Positions 10,210-19,292 of a stretch of 64,000 bases of DNA are shown here, in pieces. Made by a program: the position numbers and the translations under genes. Below the pieces are notes generated by a model. It was not told the origin of the DNA, searched no databases, and worked only from the letters and a program-made list of their open reading frames with translations. The stretch spans positions 2,189,516-2,253,515 of the forward strand of contig OZ244844.1 in NCBI GenBank assembly GCA_965220805.1, read 5' to 3'. This stretch comes from Alphaproteobacteria bacterium. Its GTDB lineage: Bacteria > Pseudomonadota > Alphaproteobacteria > SP197. Each line of letters begins with the position of its first letter. Position 1 is the first letter of the stretch.

Positions 10210-11679
10210 TCAAATCAGCGCCGCCATCTGGCCGCGGCCGATGGCTGCCTCGGAGTAGCTTGCTTTCAGCTGTCTGATGGCCTCTCCGAGTTCGCCAACG
10301 CCGTGTTGATCGAATTGCGGGACAATCGTGTCGAGCGCTTCGTAGAGCCCGGCGAGGCGCGGCGGCGGGAGGCGTTGCGAGAGACGAAAGGCCTGTATGA
10401 CGGCGATGGAGAGTGTTGCCAGCGAGGCATCCGCGGCATCGGCGACATCGAGGTACCGTTCGAAGGCCAGGAAGACCGGAGCCGCGACATCCGACTGTCC
10501 TCCACCCGGATCCTCCAGGCCGGTCGGGAGTACCGCCGGCACCGCAGCCTGCCGTGCTCTCTCCGCGTGGCTCGTTTGCGACCAGGCGATGAACTCCGTG
10601 TTAATCACCCCGGAATCGGCAGGCACCAGCAACTTCGGCAGACCGAATGGCACGCCATCGAGCAGCCGCCAGGTCTGCTTCGCCGCGAGCGCGCAGATGT
10701 CAGCTCCGGCGACGTTCAGCATGTCGATGGCGCGGCTGGCCTGATGATTGTGAAAGCCACCCGTCGAAATCGCGCGGCCGTGCGGATATCCGGGCTCGGG
10801 CGGCAGATAGACCGGATTGTGCGCGATCGACCGGAGCGAGTGCCCGGCCGTTTCCTGTGCGCCCCGAATCGTGCGCGCGGCCGTCGCCAGGACGGTTGGA
10901 ACGATCCTCCAGCTCACGGGCGCCTGGTGCGGAAGCCTTCCCGACTCCGGGACATCGGTGAGGTGCGCGTTCAATCGCTGCAGCACGTCGCGGTGATCCG
11001 GATCGGCGGTGAGACCCTGCAGGCTGGGGTCGTACATATCGAGCGGCGCGGCCACGGCCTCGATGGCGAGAGCAAGGATCCGCTCCGCCAGGCGAAGCCG
11101 TCTCGCCGCCGTGAGTGCGGCGTCGGTCACGAATGCCGTGGCGCAGGGCGATCCGTTGTAGAGCGACATCAACTCGCCGGTGGCAAGCTCGACATCGTCA
11201 AGTTCCGGATAGAGCCAGCTCAACGGCATGACTTCACCGGGTCCGGTGGCACCGTCGAGAGGTATCGAGGGCGCCGGTTGAGAGAGCAGTCCAGCGACCC
11301 ACTCGGCGGTCGCGACGCGAACTCTGCCGTGACCTTCGATGTAGCTCGCCACGCGAGCGAGCAGCACCAGACGGACCGCGTGCTCGGGCACCCATCGATT
11401 GCCATGTCCGAACTTCCGTGGAGCCCACAGTCTCTGCGAACTCGCCAGCGCCTTCTGATCCTCTTGGGAGAGCGCTGTCTTCGCTCGTGTGCCCGGTGCT
11501 GCCGTGGATCCGTACACGAACCCGGCACTGTCGCTCGCCAGGAGCCGTTCGAACGCTTCCCTGCACTCTCCCATGCGCGCCCTGGCGCGATCCGACAGGG
11601 CGATCCCGGCGTTCCTGAAGCCTACCTCCCAAGCCGTGTCGAGCGTCAGGTCGTCCAGGGAGTGCAAGGTCACGATCAT
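10210..11679 (-). CDS. aromatic amino acid ammonia-lyase (HAL/PAL) family protein, apparently lacking the Ala-Ser-Gly MIO triad
   Basis: 489 aa. The N-terminal pattern (LTLD...VYGSTAAPG) matches HAL/PAL at the VYGVNTGFG position. The downstream motif aligned to GxxGASGDLAPL reads DGATGPGEVMPL. Confidence 0.6.
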   Translation of the reverse strand: MIVTLHSLDDLTLDTAWEVGFRNAGIALSDRARARMGECREAFERLLASDSAGFVYGSTAAPGTRAKTALSQEDQKALASSQRLWAPRKFGHGNRWVPEHAVRLVLLARVASYIEGHGRVRVATAEWVAGLLSQPAPSIPLDGATGPGEVMPLSWLYPELDDVELATGELMSLYNGSPCATAFVTDAALTAARRLRLAERILALAIEAVAAPLDMYDPSLQGLTADPDHRDVLQRLNAHLTDVPESGRLPHQAPVSWRIVPTVLATAARTIRGAQETAGHSLRSIAHNPVYLPPEPGYPHGRAISTGGFHNHQASRAIDMLNVAGADICALAAKQTWRLLDGVPFGLPKLLVPADSGVINTEFIAWSQTSHAERARQAAVPAVLPTGLEDPGGGQSDVAAPVFLAFERYLDVADAADASLATLSIAVIQAFRLSQRLPPPRLAGLYEALDTIVPQFDQHGVGELGEAIRQLKASYSEAAIGRGQMAALI

Positions 11680-11928
11680 GCGTCTATCAAACGGCTAACC
11701 TGTGGTCGCCGTAGTATCACCCGATTGCATGGGCCGCCAGACTGACACGCCATCGATCGCATCGCACCTGCGCGATCGCGGGGTTCCGTCTGTGGTCGGG
11801 CTGCCAGGAGATCGACGGTTCGCAACTCTCTTGTGCCAGTTTGGACATGACCCAGCGGCAGTAGACGTCTCGACGCTTGCCAGTGATCCATGACCTCGGT
11901 TTCCGCCCAGGAAAGCGACGTTCTCCAA

Positions 11929-12684
11929 CTACAAGGTGCCGGACGAGCCTGCCTCCCGTGTGTGGGCGGCGGCGATCCGGGCGCCGTTCAGTGTCCAGTC
12001 GGGCATGGCCATGGAGATGAAGGTCTCGACGACGCACGACGGTTCGTCGAGAGACTCCGGGTTCTCGCCTGGAAAGGCGCGGGCCCGCATGGCTGTGCGC
12101 AGCACTCCCGGATCGACGAGGTTGGCCTTAAGCTCCGTCTTCGCCAGTTCTCCCGCCCAGCATGTCACCAGGGCTTCGAGAGCTGCCTTGGTGGCCGCGT
12201 AGGCGGCCCAGTAGGGCGGAAGTGAGGCCGTGACCCCGGACGTCACAAAGATGGCACGGCCTGACGGCGACTGCCTGAGAAGCGGATCCATGGCGCGGAT
12301 CAGACGCCAGTTGGCCGTCAGGTTGACATCCAGGGAGCGCTGCCAGTCCTGCGGCGCGATGTGGTGCGTCGGAGAGAGAGCAGTGAGGAGGGCCGCGTTG
12401 CCGACGAGGACGTCAAGTCTTCCATATCGCTCGAAAAGCGCTCCGCCCAGGCGGTCGACGGCCTCTCCATCGGCAAGGTCGAGAGGCACCAGGACCGGGG
12501 TGAGGCCGCCACCGGCGCGGATCGCGTCGTCGACCTCCTCGAGACCGCCAGTCGTGCGTGCTACGAGGACCAAGCGTGCGCCCTCTGCGGCAAAGCCTCT
12601 CGCCACGGCTGCGCCAAGGCCTCGAGAGGCGCCGGTTACCAGCGCAATGCGTCCGTCGAGTCGTCCGCCCGCAGGTTCGGTCAT
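11929..12684 (-). CDS. SDR-family oxidoreductase
   Basis: Begins MTEPAGGRLDGRIALVTGASRGLG (Rossmann TGxxxGxG) and has a YxxxK active site further on. ATG at 12684, 1 nt after the purF stop. Confidence 0.8.
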   Translation of the reverse strand: MTEPAGGRLDGRIALVTGASRGLGAAVARGFAAEGARLVLVARTTGGLEEVDDAIRAGGGLTPVLVPLDLADGEAVDRLGGALFERYGRLDVLVGNAALLTALSPTHHIAPQDWQRSLDVNLTANWRLIRAMDPLLRQSPSGRAIFVTSGVTASLPPYWAAYAATKAALEALVTCWAGELAKTELKANLVDPGVLRTAMRARAFPGENPESLDEPSCVVETFISMAMPDWTLNGARIAAAHTREAGSSGTL

Positions 12685-12685
12685 G

Positions 12686-14152
12686 TCACAGGGATTCGTA
12701 GTGGAACGAGAGCTGATTCGCCTCGTAACCGCCGTCCCGGTCAACCAGGGGAATGGGATAGTGACCGGTCAGGCAGGCATCACAGTACTGGGGTTTCGCG
12801 GCATCGCGTCCCTCCTTGTGTCCGGTTGCCCGGTAGAGGCCGTCGGCCGTGATGAAGGCGAGGCTGTCCACGCCGAGGAATGCCGCGATCTCGTCGACAC
12901 TGAACCGCGAAGCCAGCAGTTCATCACGCGAAGGTGTGTCGACACCGTAGAAACACGAATGAGTGTTCGGTGGGCTGGCGATGCGCATGTGAACCTCGCG
13001 GGCGCCGCAGTCCCGGACCATGGAGACGATCTTCGTCGAAGTCGTGCCGCGGACGATGGAATCGTCAATGAGGACAACGCGCTTGCCCGAAAGTTCCACG
13101 CGATTGGCATTGTGCTTCAGCTTGACACCGAAATGGCGGATGTTCTGGCCGGGTTCAATGAAGGTACGGCCGACATAGTGGTTGCGGATGATGCCGAAGG
13201 TCAGCGGCAGGCCGGACTGTTCCGCAAATCCGAGTGCCGCCGGGGTCCCGGAATCGGGGACCGGCACCACGACATCGACGTCAGCCGGACTTTCCTTCGC
13301 CAGTTCGGCGCCGGTCCGCCGCCGGAGCGTGTAGGCTGAATGGCCCTCGACCCGGCTGTCGGGCCGCGAGAAATAGATGTACTCGAAGATGCAGAACCGG
13401 CTTCGGCGGGGCGGAAAGGGGTGGTACGAGGTCAGGCCCGCCGCATCGATGACGATGAGTTCACCGGGTTCCACGTCCCGTACGAATGTGGCCCCCATGA
13501 TATCGAGGGCACAGGTTTCGGAAGCGAGGACGAAGGCGTCTCCCAAGCGGCCAAGCACGAGAGGGCGCACACCGAGGGCATCCCTCACTCCGATCATGGC
13601 CTCGTTGGTGAGCGCCACCAGAGAATAGGCGCCGACAACCTGTTTCAGGGCATCGATCAGCCGGTCCGGAATGGTGGCGTGTGTCGACAGCGCCACAAGG
13701 TGGACGATGGTCTCTGTGTCGGACGTCGACTGGAAAATGGCTCCCTTGCGCACCAGTCTGTCGCGCACCTGGTTCGCGTTGGTCAGATTGCCGTTGTGGG
13801 CAACCGCCAGGCCGCCCTGGTCGGTCTCGACGAAGATGGGCTGCACGTTGCGGAGCAGTGTTCCACCAGTGGTCGCATAGCGGTTGTGCCCGATGGCGGA
13901 ACGGCCCGTCAGTGCGCCGACATTGGCACTGTTCGAGAAGATTTCCGATACCAGGCCAAGGTTGCGGTGGACATGAAACTGGGAACCGTCGAAGGAGACG
14001 ATGCCGGCGGATTCCTGCCCACGATGTTGAAGGGCATGCAGACCGAGCACCGTGTGCGCCGCTGCATCCTCGGCTCCGAAGATACCGAAGACACCACACT
14101 CCTCGTGCAACCTGTCGTCATCGAAGGGGTGCCGCGGCAGGAATCGGGTCAC
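12686..14152 (-). CDS. purF: amidophosphoribosyltransferase
   Basis: The N-terminal nucleophile segment reads EECGVFGIFG, and both the Ntn glutaminase and PRT domains are present. The GTG at 14152 is preferred because it follows an AAGGG spacer and leaves 17 bp to cvpA. The track ORF extends to 14272 and overlaps cvpA. Confidence 0.85.
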   Translation of the reverse strand: MTRFLPRHPFDDDRLHEECGVFGIFGAEDAAAHTVLGLHALQHRGQESAGIVSFDGSQFHVHRNLGLVSEIFSNSANVGALTGRSAIGHNRYATTGGTLLRNVQPIFVETDQGGLAVAHNGNLTNANQVRDRLVRKGAIFQSTSDTETIVHLVALSTHATIPDRLIDALKQVVGAYSLVALTNEAMIGVRDALGVRPLVLGRLGDAFVLASETCALDIMGATFVRDVEPGELIVIDAAGLTSYHPFPPRRSRFCIFEYIYFSRPDSRVEGHSAYTLRRRTGAELAKESPADVDVVVPVPDSGTPAALGFAEQSGLPLTFGIIRNHYVGRTFIEPGQNIRHFGVKLKHNANRVELSGKRVVLIDDSIVRGTTSTKIVSMVRDCGAREVHMRIASPPNTHSCFYGVDTPSRDELLASRFSVDEIAAFLGVDSLAFITADGLYRATGHKEGRDAAKPQYCDACLTGHYPIPLVDRDGGYEANQLSFHYESL

Positions 14153-14168
14153 ATCTGTCGGCCCTTGT

Positions 14169-14843
14169 TCATTCGTCGCCAGCGATGATGGATTCGAGCG
14201 CCGATCGGTCCTCCTCATTGTACCCCTCCTCACTCTCGGCGTCAGCATCACTGGCCGGCGCCTGGGGATCAATCAGGTCGCTGTAGGACCGCAGGGCCTC
14301 TTCGGCCGCCGCGTTCCTCGTCCGGATCAGGAAATCGTCGCTGTCGAGATCCCATTCCTCGGGCGCCAGTTCGATGAGCAGCAGGGATCCCTGGTCAATG
14401 ACCGGAGTGAGTCGCGCTTCCTCGATCCAGTCCGGCCGTTCACCGGCGGGGGCGAGCAGGCCGTAGACCAGGAAGACGAGGCAGACCACAAGCGCGCCGC
14501 GGACAAGGCCGAACACGAACCCGACGGATCTGTCGAGCATGTCAAGCCCGGCTGCCCGGGTCCGCCGCACCACCAGTGAGGACACGAGACTGAGGCAGGC
14601 GAGTGCGACAACGAACAGGCCTGCCGCATTGGCAATCGCCACGATCAGCGGATCATTGCCGATCCAGCTGGCCAGGATGGGCCAGGAGTGGTCGTAGAGG
14701 TAGACCGTCGCGATGGCGGCCCCTCCCCAGGTGGCGAGGAAGAGGAACTCGCGCATGGCCCCGCGATAGTAGGCGAGGAACCCGGAAATGAAGATGACCC
14801 CGAGAATGACGAGGTCCGTGACGGTGACCGGCAGGTCGTTCAT
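14169..14843 (-). CDS. cvpA: CvpA-family membrane protein (colicin V production protein)
   Basis: 224 aa with 4 N-terminal TM helices and an acidic C-terminus. The cvpA-purF adjacency is conserved. Confidence 0.8.
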   Translation of the reverse strand: MNDLPVTVTDLVILGVIFISGFLAYYRGAMREFLFLATWGGAAIATVYLYDHSWPILASWIGNDPLIVAIANAAGLFVVALACLSLVSSLVVRRTRAAGLDMLDRSVGFVFGLVRGALVVCLVFLVYGLLAPAGERPDWIEEARLTPVIDQGSLLLIELAPEEWDLDSDDFLIRTRNAAAEEALRSYSDLIDPQAPASDADAESEEGYNEEDRSALESIIAGDE

Positions 14844-14982
14844 GCCGTTTGCCCTCTGCCACCGGCGTTCCCATACGGCAGAACCGCGCCATCATGGCCG
14901 CCGCCGGTCCGTCCTCTTTGCATGACAGGTGGCACTGTGTCCAGAATCGGGACCCGTACCGGCCTTGCGCTGCCCCGAGGAC

Positions 14983-15744
14983 TCACGGACGCAGCACACT
15001 CATGGAGATGGGACCGTCGGCGCGGCCGTTGACGAACTGGTCGACATGGGCGCTGCCGCTCCGGTCGATGTCGGCGGCGCTGCCCTGCCAGACCAGACGC
15101 CCGTCATGCAGCATGGCAATCCGGTCTGCGATCTTGCGTGCGCTCGCCATGTCATGGGTGATCGAGATGGTGGTGATGCCAAGACGGCGGCTCACCTGGA
15201 CGATGAGATCATTGATGACATCGGCCATGATCGGATCAAGGCCGGTTGTCGGCTCGTCGAGGAAGACGATGTCGGGCCGGGACGAGATGGCGCGGGCCAG
15301 GGCGACCCGTTTCATCATGCCTCCTGACAGTTCGGCGGGAAAGAGATCGGCGACATCCTCTCCGAGCCCGACCAGGCCGAGGGTTTCACAGGCGGAGTCC
15401 CTCGCGTGCGTGCGATTCATGGCGCCGGTATGGATCTGCCGGAAGGCGACATTTTCCCATACCGCAAGACTGTCGAACAGCGCCCCACCCTGGAACAACA
15501 TGCCGAACCGCGCCATGACCCCGGTATCCGCTGGCCGGATGACCGTCCCGTCGATCATGATCTCTCCTGCATCGGGCCTGATGAGGCCGAGGATGCACTT
15601 GAGAGTGACGGACTTGCCGGACCCGGAACCACCGATGATGACGAATGCCTCGCCTTGCGCGACGTCGAAACTCACGCCGTCCAGCACACGCCGTGCCGGG
15701 AAGCTCTTCCGCAGGTCGCGAACGCGAATCATGGGCTGGTTCAT
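14983..15744 (-). CDS. ABC transporter ATP-binding protein, MlaF-like
   Basis: Starts at MNQPMIRVRDL. Carries Walker A GGSGSGKS, the signature LSGGMMKRVALARA and Walker B IVFLDEPT. ATG at 15744 overlaps the mlaE-like stop. Confidence 0.85.
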   Translation of the reverse strand: MNQPMIRVRDLRKSFPARRVLDGVSFDVAQGEAFVIIGGSGSGKSVTLKCILGLIRPDAGEIMIDGTVIRPADTGVMARFGMLFQGGALFDSLAVWENVAFRQIHTGAMNRTHARDSACETLGLVGLGEDVADLFPAELSGGMMKRVALARAISSRPDIVFLDEPTTGLDPIMADVINDLIVQVSRRLGITTISITHDMASARKIADRIAMLHDGRLVWQGSAADIDRSGSAHVDQFVNGRADGPISMSVLRP

Positions 15745-16514
15745 CGCGAAAAGAAGATCTCCGTGACGATGTAGTTGAAGGTCAGGATGAGGATGGATCC
15801 CGACACCACGGCAAGAGTCGTCGCCTGTCCCACGCCCTGGGCTCCCCGCCTCGAGTGCCAGCCGTGATAGCACCCCGTGAGAGCCACGAGGAAGCCGAAC
15901 ACGGCAGCCTTGACGAGACCCGAGATCACGTCGATCGGCTCGAGGATATCGATGGTGCTGGCGAGATAGACCGACGGGTTGAAACCCAGCTTGTGGATCG
16001 ACACGAGATAGCCCCCCAAGACGCCGATGACATCCGCCACCAGAACGAGCACGGGAAGGGTCAGTGTCGCGGCGATCAGGCGCGGCGCGACGAGATAGCG
16101 ACGTGGAGATGCCTGAAGTGTCGTCAGGGCATCGATCTGTTCGGTGACACGCATGGTGCCGATCTCGGCCGCCATCGCCGCGCCAACTCGCCCGGCGACC
16201 ATGAGACCGGCGAGAACCGGTCCAAGTTCACGGGTGACGGACAGAACGACGATTCCTGCTATGGCGTCTTCCGCCTCGAAGCGCGAGAAACCGGTGTAGC
16301 TCTGCAGGGCCAGGACCATGCCGGTGAAGATCGCCGTCAGGCCGACCACGGGAAGCGAATAGAAGCCGATGTCGATAATCTGGCGGCCGATGTTGCGCAC
16401 GTCCCAGGGTGGCGTGACACAACTGGCAAGACCGAGAGCGGCAAAGAGAACAATCCGCCCGGTTCCGGCGAGAAAGGCGAGGAACGTCGCGCCGATTGAA
16501 GCCAGCGGGTTCAT
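15741..16514 (-). CDS. ABC transporter permease, MlaE-like
   Basis: Starts at MNPLASIG, about 257 aa. Multi-TM protein with an MlaE-type conserved core (TRELGPVL...GAAMAAEIGTMRVTEQIDAL). Confidence 0.8.
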   Translation of the reverse strand: MNPLASIGATFLAFLAGTGRIVLFAALGLASCVTPPWDVRNIGRQIIDIGFYSLPVVGLTAIFTGMVLALQSYTGFSRFEAEDAIAGIVVLSVTRELGPVLAGLMVAGRVGAAMAAEIGTMRVTEQIDALTTLQASPRRYLVAPRLIAATLTLPVLVLVADVIGVLGGYLVSIHKLGFNPSVYLASTIDILEPIDVISGLVKAAVFGFLVALTGCYHGWHSRRGAQGVGQATTLAVVSGSILILTFNYIVTEIFFSR

Positions 16515-16560
16515 CCGGCCAGCCGCCGGCGGCGTCGACCCGAGGGCAAGGACGCTGTGG

Positions 16561-17673
16561 TCATCCACACGTCCCACCGAGCCAATGGCGCGCGTAGCGG
16601 GCGCCAAGTGATGTCAGCAACTCGTAGCCGATGGTGCCTGCCCTTGCGGCCAGTTCGTCCAGCATGGTGCGCCCCCTGATCAGGTCGACCCAGGTTCCCA
16701 CATGGGCCCTGTCCTCCGGCAAATCGCCTATGTCCAGTGTCATCAGGTCCATGGAAACGTGTCCGGCCACGGGGACGGCACTGTCACCAATCCAGGCATG
16801 CGCAAGGTTGCCAAGTGTCCGTGGGTAGCCGTCTGCATAGCCGACCGGCAGGGTGGCAAGGCGCGTTGCACGTTCTGTCGTGTAGGTTCCACTGTAACCG
16901 ACACGCGTGCCGGCCGGCACCTCGCGCACCTGGATGATCTGGGCCTTCAGCCGGATGACCGGTTCCATGGGATTGGCTCCTGAGGGTGTCGGGTTGCCGC
17001 CGTAGACAGCATAGCCCGGACGCACGAGATCATGGTGCCAGGCCTTGCCGAGAAAAATGCCCGAAGAATTGGCAAGGCTGGCGCGGGTTCCCGGAAATGA
17101 CAGCATGGCATTCCGGAACAACTCAAGCTGACGGTGATTTTCAGCCCGCTCGGGCTCGCTGGCACACGAAAGGTGGCTCATGACGAAGTGAAGATCGAGT
17201 GGCGCCAGGAGTTCGGGAGAGGCGGCCAGTCTCGCTGCTTCCTCCGGTGGCAGTCCCAGCCGCGACATGCCGGTGTCAATGTGAACGACGGCACCCAGGC
17301 GCTGTTCCAGGCGCCGCGCCTCGTCGGCCCATCGGACGATCTGCCCGAGATCGTTGAGAATCGGAACCAGGCCGAGGGCGGAAAGGTCGCCGGTTTCGGC
17401 GATGAGGCCGTTGAGCACGTAGATCGTTGCCGCATCGCCGAGAACGGGCCGAAGCGCTGCAGCACCATCCGGATTGGCGACAAAGAAGCGCCGGCATCCG
17501 GCGCGTGACAGGGACTGCGCCACCTGCGCCGCACCCAGGCCGTAGGCGTCTGCCTTGACGATTCCGGCACACTCCGCTGGCCGGACCATCTGCGCGAGGG
17601 TCTGCCAGTTGCGTGTGAGCGCATCGAGATCGATGACAAGCCGGGAGACCGGCGCGTCAATAGGATCCGTCAT
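16561..17673 (-). CDS. alr: alanine racemase
   Basis: It starts at MTDPIDAPVSRLVIDLDAL, and the PLP site reads VKADAYGLG. The track ORF runs to 18024 with a 117-aa Ser/Thr/Arg-rich extension lying inside dnaB, which is an artefact. Confidence 0.85.
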   Translation of the reverse strand: MTDPIDAPVSRLVIDLDALTRNWQTLAQMVRPAECAGIVKADAYGLGAAQVAQSLSRAGCRRFFVANPDGAAALRPVLGDAATIYVLNGLIAETGDLSALGLVPILNDLGQIVRWADEARRLEQRLGAVVHIDTGMSRLGLPPEEAARLAASPELLAPLDLHFVMSHLSCASEPERAENHRQLELFRNAMLSFPGTRASLANSSGIFLGKAWHHDLVRPGYAVYGGNPTPSGANPMEPVIRLKAQIIQVREVPAGTRVGYSGTYTTERATRLATLPVGYADGYPRTLGNLAHAWIGDSAVPVAGHVSMDLMTLDIGDLPEDRAHVGTWVDLIRGRTMLDELAARAGTIGYELLTSLGARYARHWLGGTCG

Positions 17674-19174
17674 GGGTTGTGTAGCGACTGTCCAGATCCA
17701 TGAACCTGGTGGTCGAGGAATCGAAATGCAGCTTTGCCTCCCCGGTTGGTCCGTGCCGGTTCTTGGCAACGATGATCTCCGAGACGCCGCGCAGATCCTG
17801 CATTTCCTCTTCCCACCGTTCGAGGCGGCGGCGGTAGGCCGGGTCGTTCTCGTCCTCGTCGTCCTTGGGCTGCGGTTTCCTGCGCTCGTGGTAGTACTCC
17901 TGGCGGAACAGGAACATGACGATGTCGGCATCCTGTTCGATGGACCCCGACTCGCGAAGATCCGACAGCAGAGGCCGCTTGTCCTCGCGCTGCTCGACGG
18001 CCCGGGAGAGCTGCGAACAGGCAATCACCGGAACGTCGAGCTCCTTGGCCAGGGCCTTGAGACCCTGGGTAATCTCGGACACTTCCTGCACCCTGTTTCT
18101 TTCGCCGCCCGGGCGGTGCGCCGAGACGACCAGTTGCAGATAGTCGACGATGATGAGGGAGAGCCCGCCCGACTGGCGCTTGAGGCGGCGGGCACGGCCG
18201 CGCAACTGGGCAATGCTGATAGCCGGGGTGTCGTCGATATGCAATGGTAGGGTCTCAAGGCGCTTAGCCGTGGTCACCAGGTCCTCGAAGTCGGACAGCT
18301 TGATGAGACCGTTGCGGATCAACTGCGAGGGGATGCCGGTTTCCTCGGCAAGCATCCGCGCGACCAGCTGTTCGGCGGACATTTCGAGGGAAAAGATGCC
18401 GACTCGACCGGGTGAGTCATTGCCTGAGCCGGCTTCCTCGAGATTGTGTCTGGCGACGTGGAGGGCGAGCGTGGTGGCAAGCGACGTCTTTCCCATGCCC
18501 GGGCGGGCGGCCAGAACCAGAAGATCGGTCCGCGACAGGCCGCCGATCTGGTCGTCCAGATTCTTCAGTCCCGTGGACTGTCCCGCCAATCCGCTGCTGT
18601 CGCGGAACGTGGCTTCCATCATCTCCAGGGTCGGAACCGTGACTTCCTGAAAGGACCGGAAGGCCCGCTTCACCTCGCCGTGTTCGGCAAGCTCGAAGAG
18701 CGACTTCTCGGCCTCCTCGATCTGCGCCATCGCGTCGAGGTCGAGGGTGAACTCGTAGGCATCGTTCACCATGGTCTCGCCGATGTCGACGAGCTGCCGG
18801 CGCAGATGATGTTCCTGGATCTGGCGGGCGAAGTCGTCGGCGCTGATGATCATGGCCGCCGATGCGGCGAGTTTGGCGAGATAGCCGGTGCCGCCGACGC
18901 CGGAAAGCGCCTCGTCGTCGGCAAAGTAGGCGCCAAGGGTGATGGGGGTCGCGATCTGACCCTTGTCGACGACGTGGCGGATCGCCGTGTAGATCCTTCG
19001 ATGCACCGGAATGAAAAAGGACTCGGGCTGCAGGATGCGCTCGATGTCTTCGAGGATGTCGTTTTTCACCAGGAGGGCGCCGAGCAGTGACTGCTCCGCC
19101 TGCTCGTTGTAGGGCAGCGGACGGTACCCGGCCTCGCCGTGGGGTTTGAGCTCATCGAGACCGGTTTGCGTCAT
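17657..19174 (-). CDS. dnaB: replicative DNA helicase DnaB
   Basis: It starts at MTQTGLDELKP. The N-domain reads PYNEQAEQSLLGALL, Walker A is GARPGMGKTS, and the RecA-like C-domain is present. Its 3' end overlaps the alr start by 17 nt. Confidence 0.9.
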   Translation of the reverse strand: MTQTGLDELKPHGEAGYRPLPYNEQAEQSLLGALLVKNDILEDIERILQPESFFIPVHRRIYTAIRHVVDKGQIATPITLGAYFADDEALSGVGGTGYLAKLAASAAMIISADDFARQIQEHHLRRQLVDIGETMVNDAYEFTLDLDAMAQIEEAEKSLFELAEHGEVKRAFRSFQEVTVPTLEMMEATFRDSSGLAGQSTGLKNLDDQIGGLSRTDLLVLAARPGMGKTSLATTLALHVARHNLEEAGSGNDSPGRVGIFSLEMSAEQLVARMLAEETGIPSQLIRNGLIKLSDFEDLVTTAKRLETLPLHIDDTPAISIAQLRGRARRLKRQSGGLSLIIVDYLQLVVSAHRPGGERNRVQEVSEITQGLKALAKELDVPVIACSQLSRAVEQREDKRPLLSDLRESGSIEQDADIVMFLFRQEYYHERRKPQPKDDEDENDPAYRRRLERWEEEMQDLRGVSEIIVAKNRHGPTGEAKLHFDSSTTRFMDLDSRYTTHDGSY

Positions 19175-19292
19175 GGTACGAGCGGATGTTTCATCCGCCG
19201 CAGTATGGCACGAAACCGCTGCCGGAGTGGATCGCTCCGGGAGAGATTGCAGGGGATTGTCTGTGGGATTCAGGGGATCGGGGGTGACCGGT

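Noticed and set aside
14153-14272. purF start at 14272, overlapping cvpA by about 100 nt
   Set aside because: The GTG at 14152 preserves the conserved purF N-terminus (the nucleophile Cys immediately after a short leader) and leaves a sensible 17-nt spacer to cvpA.
17674-18024. 117-aa N-terminal extension of alanine racemase in the ORF track (also similar extensions on the 3664..4764, 34492..35814, 50905..52626 and 61574..63502 ORFs)
   Set aside because: The extensions are Ser/Arg/Pro/Gly-rich and overlap upstream genes (dnaB in the alr case). Canonical family N-termini begin at internal ATGs, and those ATGs have better ribosome-binding sites.
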